DNA from: Candidatus Latescibacterota bacterium | Lineage (GTDB): Bacteria > Latescibacterota > UBA2968 > UBA8231 | Direction: 5' to 3' | DNA: 64,000 nucleotides | Assembly: GCA_965204725.1 (NCBI GenBank) | Contig: OZ242005.1 | Coordinates: 32,001-96,000 of the forward strand | Shown here: positions 20,315-28,085 of the stretch, piece after piece | Layout of the letters: each line of letters begins with the position of its first letter | Position numbering within the stretch: position 1 is the first letter of the stretch | Position numbers and translations under genes: made by a program | Notes under the pieces: model-generated | What the model saw: only the letters and a program-made list of their open reading frames with translations | Databases searched by the model: none | Told to the model about the DNA's origin: nothing

Positions 20315-20501
20315 TATAGCAATCCTAAATGATTTATTTGCAAGCATGTAGAGATGCTTCGACTGCGCTGCGCTGCGCTCAGCATGACACCGCGACGAGG
20401 GCTGCGTGCCCCAGACACCTTGTCATACTGAGCGAAGCGAAGTATCTCATACCCAAAACTCCATGCAGAACACCCCTTATGAAGGATGTAGGACGACTAT
20501 T
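20315..20501. mobile_element. MITE with TATAG-type ends and an internal TGTCAT(G/A)CTGAGCG REP-like pair
   Basis: Ends TATAGCAATCCTAAAT and ATGTAGGACGACTATT; an inverted copy lies at 53827-53990. Confidence 0.75.
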
Positions 20502-20888
20502 ATGAATGTTCCTCTCGATGAGAAACTCGCTCGTTTTATCTTTTCTAAAAGTCATTTTTCAGTTGAGAACAAGACCGTCAAATATGGGGCATTTATTCCT
20601 CCTGCAAACAGTGCAGACCTATCTGTGTATTGCATCGCCTCTCTCTCTGACAGCGAAGTGTGGGCGATTGGGCGGGAATATGTCGAAACAGGGGACAGAA
20701 GGGTAAAAGCAAGGGCGGATTTCTTGGCAAAGAACGTTTATGAAATTGACCTCAAAGTCATTACAGACACCCAACCCCACGAGCGACATGCCAACATCAC
20801 GCCGTTTCCAGCCGATAGGAGAGCACGGAATAGTATCGCGAGGAAACTCGCTCTTGCCAGTGAATTAGCAATCATGCCGATAACATAA
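20502..20888 (+). CDS. Hypothetical protein, possible ART-fold toxin
   Basis: 128 aa from ATG 20502; EKLARFI...AFIPP...DLSVY...HERHANI (R...S...H pattern). Confidence 0.55.
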   Translation: MNVPLDEKLARFIFSKSHFSVENKTVKYGAFIPPANSADLSVYCIASLSDSEVWAIGREYVETGDRRVKARADFLAKNVYEIDLKVITDTQPHERHANITPFPADRRARNSIARKLALASELAIMPIT

Positions 20889-20917
20889 TTGCCCTCACAT
20901 CCGTTTTGCCTATAAGG

Positions 20918-20997
20918 CGTCCTTCCCGCGAAAGAACGTCACCCCGTGCCCCGACACGGGGCGGGAATCCAGTCTTGAAGGATGTAGGATTGCTATA
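20918..20997. repeat. Nested REP-like palindrome followed by a MITE-type end
   Basis: CGTCCTTCCCGCGAAAG-AACGTCACCCCGTGCCCCGACACGGG-GCGGGAATCCAGTC then GAAGGATGTAGGATTGCTATA; the REP core recurs inverted at 34519-34575. Confidence 0.7.
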
Positions 20998-21452
20998 TGA
21001 AGAACGCCGAAAAAACATCCCTGCTAACGCCCTATCTCCATGCTCGACCCGAGATCTTGCTGGCGTATCTGTTCGGCTCGGCGGCCAAAGGGCGCACACA
21101 CGCCCTGAGCGACATCGACCTAGCTGTGTTGGTGGATGAGGAGCAATTTGCCGAACTCGATGCGCGGCTGCCGTGGGGGTATCGCGCCACCCTGACCAGC
21201 GAACTAATCGGCCTCCTAAAGCGAAACGACGTCGATCTGGTGCTGCTGCATCAAGCGTCTCCGCTGCTCAAATTTCAAGTCGTCCGCTTTGGGAAACCGC
21301 TGCTTTGCCGGAGTGAGGAACGCCGGGTGGCCTTTGAGGTGCAGGCTAGGCGGGAATACCTCGACACCGAACACCTGCGTACGATCCAGCGCTCCTATCT
21401 CTACGAGCGGATCAAAGCCTACCATCCCAAACGACCGGAGAGCACTCCGTGA
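20997..21452 (+). CDS. mntA: Type VII TA antitoxin, minimal nucleotidyltransferase (MntA)
   Basis: AYLFGSAAKGRTHALSDIDLAV (GSx10DxD); VDLVLL. Confidence 0.88.
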   Translation: MKNAEKTSLLTPYLHARPEILLAYLFGSAAKGRTHALSDIDLAVLVDEEQFAELDARLPWGYRATLTSELIGLLKRNDVDLVLLHQASPLLKFQVVRFGKPLLCRSEERRVAFEVQARREYLDTEHLRTIQRSYLYERIKAYHPKRPESTP

Positions 21453-21874
21453 TCTGTCGAGCGGTCATAGAAAAACATCTGCGCGACCTGACCGCCATGG
21501 TGGCTGAACTTGAACACCATCGCAGCAAGTCCGCAAAAGAGTTGCAGGCCGATCGGACCGTTCTATTAGCTGTCGAGCACGCCCTGCAACGCGCTATTCA
21601 GAACCTCCTCGACATCTGCCTGCACATATTGTCGGAATCGGGGGTCAACGATTGGGAAGACTACCGCGGAGCGATCCTAAAAGTGGGCGAGCTCGGCATC
21701 GTCCCCGAGGAGTTCGCCCAGACTATCGGCGGCATGGCGGGAGTGCGGAACCTGCTCGTTCACGAGTACATTGAAGTTGAAGTGGAGAAGATAGCATCTC
21801 TACTCGAAAACCGACTAGACGATTTCAAGCACTTTGCCCAGTACATCGTCGAATTTTTGCAAGAGCACCCCTAA
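21449..21874 (+). CDS. hepT: Type VII TA toxin HepT (DUF86 HEPN RNase)
   Basis: RNLLVHEY (Rx4HxY); 4-bp overlap with mntA. Confidence 0.88.
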   Translation: MICRAVIEKHLRDLTAMVAELEHHRSKSAKELQADRTVLLAVEHALQRAIQNLLDICLHILSESGVNDWEDYRGAILKVGELGIVPEEFAQTIGGMAGVRNLLVHEYIEVEVEKIASLLENRLDDFKHFAQYIVEFLQEHP

Positions 21875-21875
21875 C

Positions 21876-22790
21876 CTACACCCGCTCCCATCCTCGATGC
21901 TCGTATGTGCGGCCCACGTGTTGGGGATGGAAAATCTCAGCGAGCATTTCAGCCGACTCCACCAGACGCGGCCCCGGGCGGTTGAAAAACTGATTGCCGT
22001 CGGTGAGGAATACCTGCCCTTGCTGCACAGCTTGCAGCCGCGACCACAGCGGATGCTGAGCGAGCACTGGCAACTCGCGTCGGGAGCGGGGTATGTCAAA
22101 GCCGCAGGGCATCAGGACGATAATATCCGGCTGGGCTTCCACGAGCTCCTCCCACGACAGCCAAGGAGAATGCGTCCCGGCCGCCGCAAAGAGGTTTTGC
22201 CCGGCGGCTATCTCCACCAATTCGGGGATCCAATGGCCCGCGGCCATCAGCGGCTCAAACCACTCGATGCAGGCAATGCGCGGACGATGGTCGATATGGC
22301 GAGTGCGGGCGGCGACTTGGCCGAGCCGATCCCGCAGTTGGGCCACCAAGGCGCGACCTGTCTCCTCAACTTCTAGCGCCGCGACCACCCGCTCAATATC
22401 TCCCCAAACATCGGCCAAAGCATTGGGTTCCAACGATAGAATGGCGGGCCGCGAGCGCACCAACCGGCAGGCCGCTTCCTCCACATCCTTGAGACTGACG
22501 GCGCAAACTTCGCACTGCGATTGCGTCACCAACCAATCCGGCTCCAACTCGTCGAGCAGGTCGGCATCAACCCGGTACACCGAGGCCGCTTCCTGTAAAA
22601 TCGCTTTAACCCGCTGGTCAATCTGGTACGAGGTCCCGTCCGGGTCGAACTTAGGGGCCGTACAGACGGGTAGGTCGCCAACCCCAAGCGGATAGTCGCA
22701 CTCGTGGGAACGGCCGACCAAGTGCGCGCCGCAGCCGAGGGCGCAGATGATCTCAGTGCTGCTGGGCAATAGGGAGATAATTCGGGTCAT
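21876..22790 (-). CDS. Cobalamin-binding (BtuF-like) protein without signal peptide
   Basis: RIISLLPSSTEI, VGRSHECDYP, FNRPGPRLVES; last gene of the B12 operon. Confidence 0.8.
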   Translation of the reverse strand: MTRIISLLPSSTEIICALGCGAHLVGRSHECDYPLGVGDLPVCTAPKFDPDGTSYQIDQRVKAILQEAASVYRVDADLLDELEPDWLVTQSQCEVCAVSLKDVEEAACRLVRSRPAILSLEPNALADVWGDIERVVAALEVEETGRALVAQLRDRLGQVAARTRHIDHRPRIACIEWFEPLMAAGHWIPELVEIAAGQNLFAAAGTHSPWLSWEELVEAQPDIIVLMPCGFDIPRSRRELPVLAQHPLWSRLQAVQQGQVFLTDGNQFFNRPGPRLVESAEMLAEIFHPQHVGRTYEHRGWERV

Positions 22791-22863
22791 GGAACAACGC
22801 CGTTTAGAAATTCCGTTTGACGCGGCTCAAGCGGGCGGCAAACTATAATGGATTAGCCATATC

Positions 22864-23856
22864 TCATCCACGTCTCAAGCACTGGACCACCTCGTACAGG
22901 GTGGCGCATACGCGGTCGCCGGTCGCTGTGTGAAGCTGCCAAGCGGTGCCGTTGTCGTCGTGGATGAGCTCGACGCATGTCGGCGCGTCTGTCGCCACGC
23001 GGAAGCCAGCTCGTTCCAACGCCCGCGCCGTCCACCGGGCATGAAGCCCATCGCCCACTAAGCCGACTTCGCCATCAGGCTCGCGCATCAGGTGGAAAGA
23101 ACCGAGCACCGGGTCGAATTCCACGTCGGCAAACGTCCGCTGAAAGGCACCGCTCAACACCAAGTCTTCCGGCGCGCCGGTTTGCAACGGACCGTCCGGC
23201 GGCAGCAGCCAGAGGCGGTCGGCGCAACGCAGGGCCAAGTCCAAATCGTGCGTAGCAAGCAAGACGGCGCGATTGCGACCGCTGGCTAAGCGGCGCAACA
23301 ACTGCAAAATTTCGACCCGCCGCGGCAAATCCAAAAAGGCCGTGGGCTCGTCGAGGAGAAGCACGGCGGGTTCCTGCGCCAAGGCGCGGGCAATCATCAC
23401 CTTTTGCCGCTCGCCATCGCTCAGCTCGCCAACGCTGCGCACCGCCAAGTTCGCAGCCCCCACCGCGTCCATGGCCCAGCGCACCACCGCTTCGTCCGCC
23501 GGCGAAAGACGGCCGGCCCAACCCGTGTACGGGTAGCGACCCAGCGCCACGAGTGCGTAGGCCGACAAATTGCCCACTTCGACCCGCTCGGTCAGGACCA
23601 AGCCCAGCCGCCGCGCCCGTTCGCTCTCGGTCAGGTCGTGCAGGTCGCGGCCCTTGAGGCATACTGCGCCGGCCAGCGGCTTTTGCAGGCCAGCCAGCGT
23701 GCGCATGAGCGTGGATTTGCCGGCCCCGTTTGGCCCCAACAGACACACGAGTTCCCCGGCGAGCAAATGCGCGTCAATATGGCGGGCGACCTCTAGGCGC
23801 GGACCCCGCCGGGGGGCGTAGCCAATCCCCAAGTCGCAGGCTTGCAGAACGCCCAT
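22864..23856 (-). CDS. Cobalamin/iron-chelate ABC transporter ATPase (BtuD-like)
   Basis: GPNGAGKST, LSDGERQK, LDEPTAFLD, THDLDLA. Confidence 0.9.
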   Translation of the reverse strand: MGVLQACDLGIGYAPRRGPRLEVARHIDAHLLAGELVCLLGPNGAGKSTLMRTLAGLQKPLAGAVCLKGRDLHDLTESERARRLGLVLTERVEVGNLSAYALVALGRYPYTGWAGRLSPADEAVVRWAMDAVGAANLAVRSVGELSDGERQKVMIARALAQEPAVLLLDEPTAFLDLPRRVEILQLLRRLASGRNRAVLLATHDLDLALRCADRLWLLPPDGPLQTGAPEDLVLSGAFQRTFADVEFDPVLGSFHLMREPDGEVGLVGDGLHARWTARALERAGFRVATDAPTCVELIHDDNGTAWQLHTATGDRVCATLYEVVQCLRRG

Positions 23857-23861
23857 GGCAC

Positions 23862-24914
23862 TCAAGCGGCGAAAGCCTGCCGCAGATTGCCGCGGCGCAG
23901 AATGATCCACGTGACCACGGGCGCGCCGATCAGGGCGGTGACCGCGTTGAGCGGCAGGGTGGCCTCGCTGCCGGGCAAACGAGCCACCATATCCGCACTC
24001 AGGGCCAAGCTGCCGCCCAACAACACGCTGGCTGGCAGCAACACGCGGTGGTCCGAGGTGTTAAAAAGGGCGCGGCACAAATGCGGCACGGCCACGCCCA
24101 AAAAGCCAATGGGACCGCAATAGGCGGTGACCGCACCGGCCAGCAGCGCGGCGCTGACGATGATCCACAGCCGCGCCCGCTGGGTGCCCAAGCCCATGCT
24201 GCGGGCGTAGGTCTCCCCCAAGAGCAGGGCGTTGAGCGGCTTGACCAACAGACCGGCGATCCCCAAGCCGACCAGCACCACCGGCGTCAGAAAAATCAAC
24301 TGGCCCCAAGCGACCGAGCCAAAACTGCCAAAGGTCCACAGGACATACGCCTGAACCTGCTCGGGAATGCTGAAGTAGAGCAACACGCTGACCACGGCGC
24401 TGGTCAGATAGCCGAACATGAGGCCGAGGATGAGCAAGGTCATGGCGTGCTGGACGCGCCGCCCGACCAAAAGCACCAAGCCCAACACCACGGCCGCCCC
24501 AACAACGGCCGCAACGACCACGCCGGCTTGGCCCCAAAGCCCCAGCCCAGCCAAGAGCACGGCCCCGGTGCCGCCCGTGCCCAAGACGACCAACGCCACG
24601 CCCAGACTCGCGCCGGCACTGATGCCGAGGATGAAGGGATCGGCGAGGGGATTGCGGAACAGGGTCTGCATTTGCAAGCCGCTGGCGCTCAGGGCCGCGC
24701 CGGCCCATAGCGCAGTCAGGGCGCGCGGCAGGCGGATCGAGTAGATGATGTGGTGCCAACTGGGCTTTTGCTCGGCTTCCCCCCACAGGATGGCGACCAC
24801 CGCATCGAGCGGAATGGACACCGACCCCACGCCCAGACTGAGCGCGAAAAACCCGAGCAACGTCGCGACCAGCGCGAGCAAGAGGCAAGGGGTGCTTTGT
24901 GTAGCAGTCGCCAC
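23862..24914 (-). CDS. Cobalamin/iron-chelate ABC permease (BtuC/FecCD)
   Basis: IRLPRA, LFRNPLADPFILGISAGA, GPIGFLGVAVPH. Confidence 0.92.
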   Translation of the reverse strand: MATATQSTPCLLLALVATLLGFFALSLGVGSVSIPLDAVVAILWGEAEQKPSWHHIIYSIRLPRALTALWAGAALSASGLQMQTLFRNPLADPFILGISAGASLGVALVVLGTGGTGAVLLAGLGLWGQAGVVVAAVVGAAVVLGLVLLVGRRVQHAMTLLILGLMFGYLTSAVVSVLLYFSIPEQVQAYVLWTFGSFGSVAWGQLIFLTPVVLVGLGIAGLLVKPLNALLLGETYARSMGLGTQRARLWIIVSAALLAGAVTAYCGPIGFLGVAVPHLCRALFNTSDHRVLLPASVLLGGSLALSADMVARLPGSEATLPLNAVTALIGAPVVTWIILRRGNLRQAFAA

Positions 24915-24926
24915 GGCGTCTCAGTC

Positions 24927-26072
24927 TCAGTCTAGCTTTTGATAGAATTTGAGCGCGTGGTCCGGCAGGCGGTCAGGGTGCAGGATTTTTATGAAATCGG
25001 CCAGCACGATATGGGGCTCGGCGATGCCACTTTCCCAATAGTCGTTGCCGCCGTGCGCGTTGAGCCGGGCGTTGGCGTTGTACACGCGACCGCTTTGGAA
25101 CGCGGCGAACGCGGCATAGCGCTCGTCCGCGGCCTGCACCTCGGCCCGCGAATGCCATTCGTTGCGCATGGTCAGCCACACGTCGGCCGCGTGGGCCTTT
25201 TCGTACACGGCCTCAAAGTCGAGGGGCAGGCTCCCCTCGGAATCGTCGTCGGCCCACAGGTACGCGCCGCCGGCCGCTTCGATCAGTTGCGCGGCGTAGC
25301 TCTTGCCCCCGGCCACGTGCCAGTGGTCGCGCCAGACCGAGCCGCCGAACACCGTAGGGCGTTGGGCCGCTGGCACATCCTGCACCAAGGCCGCGTATTG
25401 CTGGTACTCGGCCACGATCTCGGCAAAGCGTTTTTCCGCTAGGGCCTCCGCATTAAAAAAGGCCGCAGTGAACTTGAGCCATTCGGTGCGGCCCAGCAGC
25501 GAAGGCTCTGTGTACTCGGCGTTGATGACCACGGCCACGCCGGCCTGCTGCAAAACCGGATGGGCGTTGTACTGGGATTGGGCCGAGGCCACGGCCATTA
25601 CTACGTCGGTCTCCAATTCCAACACGCTCTCTAGATTGATTCCAGCGCCGTGGCCGATTGCGGCGATTTTGCCGGCCGCAAAGCGCTGATTGACCCCGGG
25701 CGAATGCACCATCTCAATGGCACTGACCGCGACCAAGGCGTCGAGGGCGTCGAGCAATTCGAGGTGCGGCAGTTGGGTCGTCGATAGGGCCGCGAGGCGT
25801 TGGACGGGGACTTCGACGCGCTGAACGCCGTCGTATCCCTCGGGGGCGGGCGTGCCGCGCTGAACGAGTACGTATTGGAAGGCTTCTCGCGCCCCGGGCC
25901 ACGGCGTGTGTACGGTGACCACTTTGTAGTTGGCAAAGTAGTCAATCGCAAAACGCTCGGCGTATTGCAGGTTGGCCTTGTGGGGAAAGTAGTCCTTGGC
26001 CGGATCGTAGGGATCGCTGCTGGCCGCGGACGCGCCGAGGGCTAGCCACGCCCAAAACCACGCCTTACGCAT
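24927..26072 (-). CDS. ABC substrate-binding protein (cobalamin, by context)
   Basis: Signal peptide MRKAWFWAWLALGASAA; LGRTEWLKF, GNDYWESG; lies in the riboswitch operon. Confidence 0.85.
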   Translation of the reverse strand: MRKAWFWAWLALGASAASSDPYDPAKDYFPHKANLQYAERFAIDYFANYKVVTVHTPWPGAREAFQYVLVQRGTPAPEGYDGVQRVEVPVQRLAALSTTQLPHLELLDALDALVAVSAIEMVHSPGVNQRFAAGKIAAIGHGAGINLESVLELETDVVMAVASAQSQYNAHPVLQQAGVAVVINAEYTEPSLLGRTEWLKFTAAFFNAEALAEKRFAEIVAEYQQYAALVQDVPAAQRPTVFGGSVWRDHWHVAGGKSYAAQLIEAAGGAYLWADDDSEGSLPLDFEAVYEKAHAADVWLTMRNEWHSRAEVQAADERYAAFAAFQSGRVYNANARLNAHGGNDYWESGIAEPHIVLADFIKILHPDRLPDHALKFYQKLD

Positions 26073-26631
26073 TGGCCGCGCCCTCCCCCGGCTTCCACAA
26101 CACATCCGCTTCCCCGCCGTCGTTGGCCGCCCGCGCCATGGCAAACAGCAAGTCGGAAAGCCGGTTGAGATACTGTAAAACCGGCGGGCCGACCCGCTCT
26201 TGCTCGGCGAGTTGCCAAGCGGCACGCTCGGCGCGCCGACACACCGTCCGCGCCAAGTGGAGCCAAGCGGCCGTCAGCCGCCCCCCCGGCAAGACAAAGC
26301 TCCGCAAGGGCGTCAAGTCGCGGGTGAGTTGGTCGATTTGCTCCTCTAGGAAAAGGACCTGCTGCGGCTGGACGCGCAGGCACTCTGCTTCGCCATCCAC
26401 CGGCGGGACGCACAAATCGGCCCCCAAGTCGAAGAGATCGTTTTGCACTCGGGCGAGGACGTCGTCGTGCTCGGCCCCACTGGCCCGGGCCAACCCGATC
26501 ACCGAGTTCAGCTCATCTACGCACCCATAGGCAGCAATGCGGGCACTCGTCTTGGGGACTTGCGAGCTATCGCCCAGCCGCGTCATACCGCCATCGCCGG
26601 TCTTGGTGTAGAGCTTAGATAGAGTAACCAT
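26065..26631 (-). CDS. pduO: ATP:cob(I)alamin adenosyltransferase, PduO type
   Basis: KLYTKTGDGG, YGCVDELNS, ARTVCRRAER, YLNRLSDLLF. Confidence 0.93.
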   Translation of the reverse strand: MVTLSKLYTKTGDGGMTRLGDSSQVPKTSARIAAYGCVDELNSVIGLARASGAEHDDVLARVQNDLFDLGADLCVPPVDGEAECLRVQPQQVLFLEEQIDQLTRDLTPLRSFVLPGGRLTAAWLHLARTVCRRAERAAWQLAEQERVGPPVLQYLNRLSDLLFAMARAANDGGEADVLWKPGEGAANA

Positions 26632-26648
26632 GCCGATTGCCTTTCATT

Positions 26649-28055
26649 TTATTTGATCAACATCACCTTGCCCACAGCGCGTTGACTGCCCGCGCGCAAC
26701 TGCACCAGATACGCGCCGTTGCCCACCGGCTCACCCGCGGCATTGCGGCCATCCCAGTGGAAAACGTGTCGCCCGGCCGCGACCGGGCCGGCGGCCAAGG
26801 TGCGGATGGTGCGGCCCAAGACGTCGTGGACGGTCAGAGCGACCGGGGTGTTGGCCGACCAGACCGCAAAGGGAATCTGCACCGCGGCGTTGAAGGGATT
26901 GGGATAGGCCGCGGCCAAGGCGAACTCCTGCGGCGAGCCAGCGGCGGTCTCCGCCACGGCCGTAGGAACGGCCGCATCGGCCAAGACCACGATATTCGAT
27001 GGCGGCAGGCCGGTGTCAATGGGGCCGCGCTGGAACGCGCCGGTGGCCGCGTCGTAGAACCTAAGCCCGGCGCTGGCCGGGTCGGCAAAGGAGCCGCGGT
27101 CGGCGACGACCAAGCGGTCGCCAGCTACCGCCAAGCTGGGGATAAAACCGCCGCTGATGTTTTCTAAGGGCGCACCCACCGCACCGCTCGACAACGCAAA
27201 GGGCCGGACGCTGTTGGCGAAGTCCTCGCCCGCGACCACGGCATAGCCCCGGTTTTGATCGACCAAGACCATCGACGTGATGTCGCCGCCCAAGTCCTCC
27301 TCGCCGACGGCCAGTCCGAGGCTGCGGTTGGTGGCCGTATCGACGATTTCCACGCCGCCGGCCCGGTCGCCGAAATGGGCCACGACCCCCACGGCGATCT
27401 GCTCGCCGACCACGGCCATGCTGTTGGGATTGGTCGCACTCAGGGCGATGCCCTGCACCCCCTCGGCGTCCGGGTCCACATCTACGAGGGTGTCGCTGGC
27501 CAGATCGACGACGATCAGATAGCTGACATCGACCGGTCCCCACCCACTGTTGCGGTCGAGGCGTTGGCAACTCAAGTACAGCCGGTCGCCAACGCGGACG
27601 ATTTGCGACACCTCGGGCAGGCCATCCGCGTCGGCAAAAGCACGCAGATCGATTTCGCCCAATTCTGCGCCGTCTTGGGGATTGACGATCAGCAGGGACG
27701 CCTCGTCGTAGCGCGTAATGTATGCTTTGTCTGGGGCGACAATTTCGATGTCGTGCGGGTTGGCCCCATTGCCCACTGAAAACTGAGTTAGCGGAGCGCG
27801 CAAATCCATCGCGTCCAGCACCAAGATATTGTCCTGGCCCAAGCGATTGACGACATAGACGCGGCCGTCGTGGTAGTGCCCCACTGCGTCGGAGTGGACG
27901 CCCAACACATTCACCTCGGCCTCGGCCGCATCCGCCGCCAAAAAGGCCGTGCTGCCGGTAGAAAAGTCCGTGGTGATGACAAAGAGGTCGCTCTGCGCCG
28001 ACGCCGAATTCGCCAACAGCATGAGAAAGCCAGCTAAAATGGAAATGCGATACAT
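26649..28055 (-). CDS. Secreted beta-propeller protein with C-terminal FlgD-Ig-like sorting domain
   Basis: Signal peptide; YVVNR, NPHDI, AYIT propeller-like blades; C-terminal AYPNPFN...WDGRNAAGEPVGNGAYLVQL. Confidence 0.75.
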   Translation of the reverse strand: MYRISILAGFLMLLANSASAQSDLFVITTDFSTGSTAFLAADAAEAEVNVLGVHSDAVGHYHDGRVYVVNRLGQDNILVLDAMDLRAPLTQFSVGNGANPHDIEIVAPDKAYITRYDEASLLIVNPQDGAELGEIDLRAFADADGLPEVSQIVRVGDRLYLSCQRLDRNSGWGPVDVSYLIVVDLASDTLVDVDPDAEGVQGIALSATNPNSMAVVGEQIAVGVVAHFGDRAGGVEIVDTATNRSLGLAVGEEDLGGDITSMVLVDQNRGYAVVAGEDFANSVRPFALSSGAVGAPLENISGGFIPSLAVAGDRLVVADRGSFADPASAGLRFYDAATGAFQRGPIDTGLPPSNIVVLADAAVPTAVAETAAGSPQEFALAAAYPNPFNAAVQIPFAVWSANTPVALTVHDVLGRTIRTLAAGPVAAGRHVFHWDGRNAAGEPVGNGAYLVQLRAGSQRAVGKVMLIK

Positions 28056-28085
28056 GAAAATCCTCCTGTTAATAGAGCCGTAGGC

